From sequence record PZ445502.1: 50,979 nucleotides of DNA. One strand, given 5' to 3'. The translations under genes and the position numbers were made by a program. The stretch is from a phage. Under the pieces are notes generated by a model that saw only the letters and a list, made by a program, of their open reading frames with translations, made no database searches and was not told where the DNA came from. Each line of letters opens with the position of its first letter. The stretch's first letter is position 1. Positions 45,369-50,979 of this stretch are shown piece after piece.

Positions 45369-45526
45369 CTTGGTTGCTTTTAATCTTTGTCACAAGTTAC
45401 AACTCCGCAGCTATTGAGTCGCAGGAGTTCCACGGCGAATCAAGATGCCAGGAGGCGCGAAAGCAAGTTATTCTCCACATGTCAGATAGTGGGAAGGATG
45501 TAACAGCGTTATGCGTTCGTAAATAG
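45365..45526 (+). CDS. small protein with N-terminal hydrophobic segment
   Basis: 53 aa, not in the ORF track; ATGA overlap with the upstream gene; ends AAA TAG inside the motif. Confidence 0.35.
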   Translation: MTWLLLIFVTSYNSAAIESQEFHGESRCQEARKQVILHMSDSGKDVTALCVRK

Positions 45527-45566
45527 CACTTTTTGCAAAAACAGATTATCGGGCTTGCGGTATAGT
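45522..45566 (+). promoter_or_regulatory. motif-class promoter (TTGCAA variant, 22 nt, TATAGT)
   Basis: GGGCTT...AAGCCC inverted repeat encloses the -10 box. Confidence 0.5.
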
Positions 45567-45597
45567 AAGCCCATAAACAACAAACGAGGATTAAATC

Positions 45598-45861
45598 ATG
45601 GCTAACAAGATTGAGTTTTTTAAAGCGGTGGACGTTATCGACGGCGCGCCTAGCTTCTTTGCCATCCATTCTATTGACGGCAAGGATATTGGGTACAACG
45701 TTATCCTTAGAGATGGAATCTCAAAACTTAGTGACCTGGTAGGTCGAGTTGTGTCATACGGTAAATGTTCACACCCCGATTCGAAACGAGAGCCACGCCG
45801 CCGCGACATGGTAGAGCCTGTTCTGCTTTACACTCTGGTAGTAGAAGGAGAAAATAAATGA
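45598..45861 (+). CDS. hypothetical protein
   Basis: 87 aa; GAGGA SD. Confidence 0.4.
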   Translation: MANKIEFFKAVDVIDGAPSFFAIHSIDGKDIGYNVILRDGISKLSDLVGRVVSYGKCSHPDSKREPRRRDMVEPVLLYTLVVEGENK

Positions 45862-46043
45862 TTTGGTTACTTGCTTTTTTGGTTGTTTTTCTTTACATTT
45901 CAGGCTTGTTTACGTTCCGCGCGTTGGTGAAATATTCTGACGCGACAGACAAAGACGATAAAATCGTTCTCGCTTTCTGGTTTGTTTGGGTGTGGTTAGC
46001 AATTTACGAGATCATCAGAGACAAACAGAAATTTGAGTGGTGA
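45858..46043 (+). CDS. small membrane protein
   Basis: 61 aa; two hydrophobic helices; ATGA overlap. Confidence 0.4.
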   Translation: MIWLLAFLVVFLYISGLFTFRALVKYSDATDKDDKIVLAFWFVWVWLAIYEIIRDKQKFEW

Positions 46044-46098
46044 TTCTTGCTATGGCGCATTCATGCAGTGCGCCATGTTGAGAAAACCTAAAGGGGAA

Positions 46099-46251
46099 AT
46101 GATGCGTAACTTTGAAAAAATCATTACCAAAAAGAAGCGTCGCGGGTACGATGAGCATGTTGAGCTTGTGAAAAAGCAACGCAAGAAGCGCAACGAAGAC
46201 AAGAAGCGCGGGAAAAAATTTAATGCGATTTTTCGCTATGGAGGAAACTAA
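46099..46251 (+). CDS. small highly basic protein
   Basis: about 50 aa from ATG 46099 with AAGGGG SD; Lys/Arg-rich. Confidence 0.35.
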   Translation: MMRNFEKIITKKKRRGYDEHVELVKKQRKKRNEDKKRGKKFNAIFRYGGN

Positions 46252-46443
46252 ATGCAATTGCCACCATTTAACGAAAAAAGCGAAGAGATTGCCAAAACTG
46301 CATGTCACCTTCGAGAGCTTGCCGACATGATAGAGCGCGGTAAGGTTATGATTGTCAATATGACTATCAAAAGCGAGAATAGAAATTTCAAGGTTTTAAG
46401 CGAGACAACAGAAATTACTGTGTTGAAAGCAAGGGGAGAATAA
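46252..46443 (+). CDS. hypothetical protein
   Basis: 63 aa; GGAGG SD. Confidence 0.4.
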   Translation: MQLPPFNEKSEEIAKTACHLRELADMIERGKVMIVNMTIKSENRNFKVLSETTEITVLKARGE

Positions 46444-46445
46444 TC

Positions 46446-47036
46446 ATGAAGCGAGACATTATTATCCTTAATGGGCCGCCTGGTTGTGGAAAGGACACTA
46501 TTGCAGCTTACCTAACGGGCCATCGTTACCCAGCGGTTAAGGCGTCATTCAAACAGCCGATGTTCGATATTGCGTTTTCCATGCTGGGCGTGTACCGATA
46601 CGATGAATTTATGGACCTGTACAACGACCGAGAACAAAAAGAAAGGCCTCAAGTTATCTTAGGCGGCAAGTCACCTCGACAATTCATGATCTGGATTAGC
46701 GAGGATGTAATGAAGCCAGTTTTTGGAGATCACTATTTCGGGCGTCGAATGGTTGAAGAGATTCACGAGATGTACCGAGATTTGGCGGTTGTGATCAGTG
46801 ATGGCGGATTCCCCGAAGAAATCAAGCCGCTCGTTAAGGCGGGGCATGAGGTGCATATTTGCCGATTGCATCGCGACGGCTTCACGTTTGCTGGCGATTC
46901 GAGAGACTACATTGACCTGAGCGGTTATCACTATCGAATCCATCACTATGACTTCCACTTGCAGGACGGCAAGCCGGAACTGGCTGTAAACGAGATCGTC
47001 AATGCAGTCAAATGGAAGCACACACAGATTAAATAG
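46446..47036 (+). CDS. P-loop nucleotide kinase (dNMP-kinase-like)
   Basis: 196 aa; N-terminal P-loop ILNGPPGCGKDT. Confidence 0.5.
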   Translation: MKRDIIILNGPPGCGKDTIAAYLTGHRYPAVKASFKQPMFDIAFSMLGVYRYDEFMDLYNDREQKERPQVILGGKSPRQFMIWISEDVMKPVFGDHYFGRRMVEEIHEMYRDLAVVISDGGFPEEIKPLVKAGHEVHICRLHRDGFTFAGDSRDYIDLSGYHYRIHHYDFHLQDGKPELAVNEIVNAVKWKHTQIK

Positions 47037-47077
47037 CACGAATTGCTAAACGCGGGGTTATCGGCCCCGCTATAATG
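47032..47077 (+). promoter_or_regulatory. motif-class promoter, GAATTG variant (22 nt, TATAAT)
   Basis: GCGGGG...CCCCGC inverted repeat abutting the TATAAT. Confidence 0.5.
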
Positions 47078-47106
47078 CTCGCATCAACAATCAAGAGGAA
47101 ATCACA

Positions 47107-47487
47107 ATGGTTAACATCCGAAAAATCCGCGTCGGCACTAAATTCTTAGTTACTTATGCCATTCCAGATAGCGGAATGAAGAAGGGCCAGATTGTTAAGG
47201 TTGATAGCAAAAGATCCGGAATCCCTAGTATCAATGGCTATCTAATCAATAGAGATCTTGGATTCGACGGCTTCGCTATCCGTGCGCTTGAGGGTATTGT
47301 TGCCACTCTTAAGCGAATCACTAATCATCGCGGCTGCCCAATCAAGACGATTAAAGCGCCAGTAAATTACGGCAAACTGGATAATCGTCGAATCCGCCGC
47401 CTGGCGCGTAACGCGTTAAAATTCCGTGGCGTAGGCGATGATTTCTACTATGGATACAAGAGGATTGCGCGCAATGCTGGGAAATAA
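47107..47487 (+). CDS. hypothetical protein
   Basis: 126 aa ORF. Confidence 0.4.
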   Translation: MVNIRKIRVGTKFLVTYAIPDSGMKKGQIVKVDSKRSGIPSINGYLINRDLGFDGFAIRALEGIVATLKRITNHRGCPIKTIKAPVNYGKLDNRRIRRLARNALKFRGVGDDFYYGYKRIARNAGK

Positions 47488-47586
47488 CAATAACGCAACG
47501 AATCCTAAGCCACCTTTTGATTTTCATTCCGCAATGATTGCGGTATTATCAATGCTACTTTTTCTTTATAGCATGAGGGCGCTACT

Positions 47587-47835
47587 ATGGTTTTTAACGC
47601 ATTGAAACGACTGTTTAAGCCGGAATACCGGATCGTGTTTTGCCGAGACTGTTCTACTTATCATGTGCAGCGACGCAGCTTAGGCGGCAATTGGCACTAT
47701 GTTACAGATGACTTTTTCGGCATCATTGCCACTGAATTTAAGTATTACAGTGATGCTTATATGTACGTGAAGAAGCGCCACCGCTTACGCAAGTGTCGTT
47801 TTTCCGTGCTGATTCACGTTAATGATTGTTACTGA
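47587..47835 (+). CDS. hypothetical Cys-containing protein
   Basis: 82 aa; GAGGG SD. Confidence 0.4.
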   Translation: MVFNALKRLFKPEYRIVFCRDCSTYHVQRRSLGGNWHYVTDDFFGIIATEFKYYSDAYMYVKKRHRLRKCRFSVLIHVNDCY

Positions 47836-47842
47836 GGTTAAA

Positions 47843-48025
47843 ATGAAAACTGGTATTATTATTCTTTTTCTGATCCTTTTCGGCAGTCATTTAACCATTA
47901 ACTACGAGGGCATTATGGCATTTTGGGGCAACTTGATGATGTTTGCCGCTGGTTCGATTGCTGGCTACTCTGACGGGAAAAAGGATGGCGTTCGCAAGAT
48001 GCTGATGGGGCTTAAACAAAAATAA
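47843..48025 (+). CDS. small membrane protein
   Basis: about 60 aa from ATG 47843 with GAGGT SD; two hydrophobic helices. Confidence 0.4.
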   Translation: MKTGIIILFLILFGSHLTINYEGIMAFWGNLMMFAAGSIAGYSDGKKDGVRKMLMGLKQK

Positions 48026-48036
48026 GGGGATCTGAA

Positions 48037-48327
48037 ATGGCAAACAAAACTTACCGCAAACTACTGGTTAACGCTTTTGAAAATATCGCGCAGTGTAACA
48101 AGTGGAACGACTCTAAACACTCGCCAGTCACAATGAAGCGCGCAGGATTCAAAAATGCTCGTTCATGGGCGCGAGCTTTCGCAGCTTGCTATATGCCGGA
48201 TGGCGGACTAGGGGTGATGAACGATTTTTTGATCAACATGATAGAGGAAGCGGCGCGAGAGGATCGACCGCTGACACAGCGAGATTTTGACGACTTCGCG
48301 CGCGATGAGCTTTACTATCTGAGCTAA
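48037..48327 (+). CDS. hypothetical protein
   Basis: 96 aa; AAGGGG SD. Confidence 0.4.
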   Translation: MANKTYRKLLVNAFENIAQCNKWNDSKHSPVTMKRAGFKNARSWARAFAACYMPDGGLGVMNDFLINMIEEAAREDRPLTQRDFDDFARDELYYLS

Positions 48328-48370
48328 TAGCACTTTTTGTTAAAACTTCCGCAAGGGCATTTGGTAAAGT
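48326..48370 (+). promoter_or_regulatory. motif-class promoter (motif, 22 nt, TAAAGT)
   Basis: AAGGGCA...TGCCCTT inverted repeat encloses the -10 box. Confidence 0.5.
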
Positions 48371-48402
48371 GCCCTTATTGAAGCGAAACAGAGGAAAGCG
48401 CA

Positions 48403-48615
48403 ATGAAAATCAAAATCACCAAAATCGACACTATCAACGGCGACGGATCAATCACTCTTGAGCAATGTGGCCTGGTTGTTGGTGATGTGCTGGAAGTTGA
48501 CGGACATTTCAGCGACGGATCTTATTGTGTTATTGCGCCGCGTAACAGCGAGTTTATCAAGGCTGGCGACAATATTAGTGTTAACCATGAAGAATGCGAG
48601 GTAGTAGAAGAATGA
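48403..48615 (+). CDS. hypothetical acidic protein
   Basis: 70 aa; GAGGA SD. Confidence 0.4.
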   Translation: MKIKITKIDTINGDGSITLEQCGLVVGDVLEVDGHFSDGSYCVIAPRNSEFIKAGDNISVNHEECEVVEE

Positions 48616-48875
48616 TCACGATTAACCTGTCAGAGCAGCAAGCGCGCATTATGTTAGCGGCCTTTGGCTGGCGAGATGATGACGGCATCCAGGCAACGGT
48701 TAAAATTCCTGAGCAAGTGGCCCGTGAAGTTTTCAGCCAGCTAGAACACGCATTTGATCCTGCTGGGACTGAGCAAGCGGAAGCTGCCGCATGGTTCGGA
48801 GAGAATGGATACAGAGATCAGCAAGTCGAAAACTGGAAGCGCATAAACGAGACTATGGAGGAATCAGGTTTATGA
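48612..48875 (+). CDS. hypothetical protein
   Basis: 87 aa from ATG 48612, ATGA overlap. Confidence 0.4.
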   Translation: MITINLSEQQARIMLAAFGWRDDDGIQATVKIPEQVAREVFSQLEHAFDPAGTEQAEAAAWFGENGYRDQQVENWKRINETMEESGL

Positions 48876-49186
48876 TTTACATTCACTACTACCAAATCGG
48901 AACTAACGAGAACAAGAAAGAGCATCGTTTCATCCATGATGATTTGGACAAGGCAAAGGCGCAGCAACAGGTTTTAGGAGGTGTCATTCAGGCTTTTGAG
49001 CCTGTAGAAGATATTGAGTACCGCGAGCATTTAAAAGATGTTGTTATTGATGAGATCTCTTGCTTGATTGATGATATGACAAATCACGGCCCTTGTTCCC
49101 CGTGGGAAGATGCAGGATCTGTAACGTGGGATAAGGCCAAAGTTAAGACGCTAAACAACTTCCGAGAGATTCTCGACGGTTTTTAA
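48872..49186 (+). CDS. hypothetical protein
   Basis: 104 aa from ATG 48872, ATGA overlap. Confidence 0.4.
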   Translation: MIYIHYYQIGTNENKKEHRFIHDDLDKAKAQQQVLGGVIQAFEPVEDIEYREHLKDVVIDEISCLIDDMTNHGPCSPWEDAGSVTWDKAKVKTLNNFREILDGF

Positions 49187-49256
49187 TTAAAAACGCATAG
49201 CCGTTAGAGCGCCTAAATCGCATTCTAACGAGCTATTTTTCTGGTAAGGTGATTTA

Positions 49257-49385
49257 ATGGATGAGTACAAACAACCTTCGCAATGGTGCAAAGAGAAGCA
49301 GGAGGAAGCACTTGAGCGCGGAGATGTAGAAGAAGCTATGAACTATTTCAAACTTGCGGAAGAATGGAAGGGGAGAGGATACTGA
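49257..49385 (+). CDS. small hypothetical protein
   Basis: 42 aa, not in the ORF track; AAGGTGA SD; TGATG overlap with the next gene. Confidence 0.3.
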   Translation: MDEYKQPSQWCKEKQEEALERGDVEEAMNYFKLAEEWKGRGY

Positions 49386-49615
49386 TGTTCGGCATGAACG
49401 AGGCGCAATTCAACGCAGCTAAACGCCAGGCTAAAAAGTGCGGCGAGGCAATGAAAGCGGATGTGGAAAAGCGCGGGAAGTATGTTGATGAAGTAATGAA
49501 GGGCATCATTGCAGAACACTACCAGCCAATCGCGCCAATGTTGACGATCACTCAATTCATTTGGCTATGTGGTTACTTGCGCGGACGTTGGGGGAACGCT
49601 TTCGACAGGGAATGA
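49385..49615 (+). CDS. hypothetical protein
   Basis: 76 aa from ATG 49385. Confidence 0.4.
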   Translation: MFGMNEAQFNAAKRQAKKCGEAMKADVEKRGKYVDEVMKGIIAEHYQPIAPMLTITQFIWLCGYLRGRWGNAFDRE

Positions 49616-49777
49616 TTGACAACTCTTTCCTGATTGGTTAGCATGGCGTCGTTTACATAAGAGCGGCTTGGTCCGAACGCGTGACGCGATAGTCACACAA
49701 CAACGGCGATATGCAGGAGGTTTTTGCAATGCAAAATAATCCGTAAGACGTATCGCCTTTTTTAATGGAGATTCAAA

Positions 49778-50011
49778 ATGATCAAATACAAATTAACCGT
49801 TTCTTTCCGTGATACCGTTATTCATCCTTTCCACAATAGCTTTGTTAACAGCTTTACAGTAGAAGCGACAGAGGATCAGTTGGACGGTGACGAAACTTGC
49901 ATTTCTATTGGAAATGTTGCTTACCCGATTCACAACATTACCAGCATTAAGCGTGAGGTTGTCGCTGATGAATTACAAAGTGAAGATGACGATCCGGCGA
50001 ATGGGGCGTAA
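49778..50011 (+). CDS. hypothetical acidic protein
   Basis: 77 aa; GGAG SD; preceded by a leader with a mini-ORF and hairpin. Confidence 0.4.
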   Translation: MIKYKLTVSFRDTVIHPFHNSFVNSFTVEATEDQLDGDETCISIGNVAYPIHNITSIKREVVADELQSEDDDPANGA

Positions 50012-50149
50012 TTGCCAATCCTGCAAACAGGAATATGAATGCGTAGTTGATGCTCTTGATGAACTGGAAGCGGTAGCAAAAGCAAAAGAGCAATCGGGCG
50101 CTAATCCTGAAACACATCAATTTTCAATTAATCTTGTGAGGGCTTTACA

Positions 50150-50374
50150 ATGATCGCATTATCTTTCTGCATTGGTTTTATCATGGCTATCATTATCTTT
50201 TCCGTTGTCATGCGCTTTGCTTATAAGTTCGTGATTAATAAAGGTTGGTACGCTTCTGCAATCTGGAGCGAAAAACAAAAGAAATGGCTTGTCCGTGGTC
50301 AATACCTGATGATCGGCAGCAAGATCCTAAATTCCATTCGAGCCAAAGATGGAAAAGTAAAATATACAGCTTAA
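50150..50374 (+). CDS. small membrane protein
   Basis: 74 aa; N-terminal TM helix; terminator follows. Confidence 0.4.
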   Translation: MIALSFCIGFIMAIIIFSVVMRFAYKFVINKGWYASAIWSEKQKKWLVRGQYLMIGSKILNSIRAKDGKVKYTA

Positions 50375-50406
50375 AAATTACCCGCCGCACGGCGGGTTTT
50401 TTATTG
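50374..50406 (+). terminator. rho-independent terminator
   Basis: ACCCGCCGCACGGCGGGT hairpin followed by TTTTTT. Confidence 0.65.
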
Positions 50407-50452
50407 CCCGTTGTCTGGTATAATCAGGCATCTAACCAAAGGAGGATTAATA

Positions 50453-50979
50453 ATGGCTAAAAATGTTGAGCCTGCTGTAAAGGCATTAAATTTCAAAGAG
50501 TTATACAATAAAACTTATGGCGATATTGTCACGCTAAACAACCGCCACAAGTACACGCCGGAACAGGTTTTTGATATGGCGATCCGCTATTTCACTTGGG
50601 CTGAAGAGAATCACATCCAGGCGGCTGAAACTGCTTCCTTTCAGGGTGACGTGTACGAGAGCAGAGTTTACAAGCCTCGCGTTTTCACGGTTAACGGATT
50701 CAGCTTGTATCTCGGCGTGACTGAGGCTGCCGTAAGCAAATGGCGTAAAGAGCCTGGATTCTGCGATGTGATGGAGTTTGTTGATAAAGTAATTTACGAG
50801 CAAAAATTCCAGCTTGCGGCAAATAACATGATTAACGCTGGATTTATCGGTAAAGAGATCGGAGTAGAGAAGCCAGCAACAGTGAGCGTTGAAGCGAGCG
50901 CGGCAGCTAATGCAAGCATTGACGCAGTAACTGCCGATGAGGTGAAAGAGGCTGTGATTGATATTCTGGAGCAACTTTA
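50453..50979 (+). CDS. terS: terminase small subunit, 3' end runs off the window
   Basis: GGAGG SD; HTH-like segment FSLYLGVTEAAVSKWRK; open to the last base; the final TA plus window base 1 would give TAATG coupling to terL. Confidence 0.6.
   Translation, partial: MAKNVEPAVKALNFKELYNKTYGDIVTLNNRHKYTPEQVFDMAIRYFTWAEENHIQAAETASFQGDVYESRVYKPRVFTVNGFSLYLGVTEAAVSKWRKEPGFCDVMEFVDKVIYEQKFQLAANNMINAGFIGKEIGVEKPATVSVEASAAANASIDAVTADEVKEAVIDILEQL

Noticed and set aside
50534-50974. 146-aa minus-strand ORF at the window end
   Set aside because: Antisense to the terS ORF, which has a strong SD and an HTH-like terminase small subunit signature.

Overview
The window reads as an essentially complete ~51-kb genome of a virulent, T1-like (Drexlerviridae-type) siphovirus of an enterobacterial host, linearised between terS and terL. 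Layout: (1) plus-strand late module 1-19.5 kb: TerL, portal, head morphogenesis, scaffold, two paralogous head proteins, major capsid, connector/neck, major tail, G/GT chaperone with a -1 frameshift site, tape measure, lambda-like M-L-K-I-J tail tip. (2) 19.5-20.7 kb minus strand: two unknown genes plus a Cor-like lipoprotein. (3) 21.1-23.4 kb: exonuclease, Erf-like annealing protein, SSB. (4) 23.5-28.0 kb minus strand: two tail fibres, primase, HTH protein. (5) 28.1-34.5 kb: SF2 helicase, VRR-NUC, Dam methyltransferase, metallophosphoesterase, then holin / SAR endolysin / unimolecular spanin. (6) 34.5-41.1 kb minus-strand early operon including a 526-aa P-loop NTPase and a methyltransferase-like protein. 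(7) 41.8-50.4 kb plus-strand early operon of ~25 small genes (lipoprotein, HAD phosphatase, dNMP-kinase-like, membrane proteins), ending with a 3'-truncated terS. No integrase, repressor, tRNA or CRISPR array was recognised. The main unexplained signal is a ~21-bp motif (AATAGCACTTTTTGTTAAAAC) present 19 times; 15 copies sit at a fixed ~22 nt from a -10-like hexamer, usually with a GC-rich inverted repeat between, which looks like a phage-specific promoter class. Two ~0.5-kb AT-rich noncoding regions at the strand-switch points (20.7-21.2 kb and 41.2-41.8 kb) are homologous to each other. Functional calls rest on motifs read by eye and on gene order; no database search was run. Motif and terminator coordinates are approximate (about +/-2 nt); CDS coordinates follow the supplied ORF track, with starts moved to the first ATG that has a Shine-Dalgarno where the track began on an alternative start codon.
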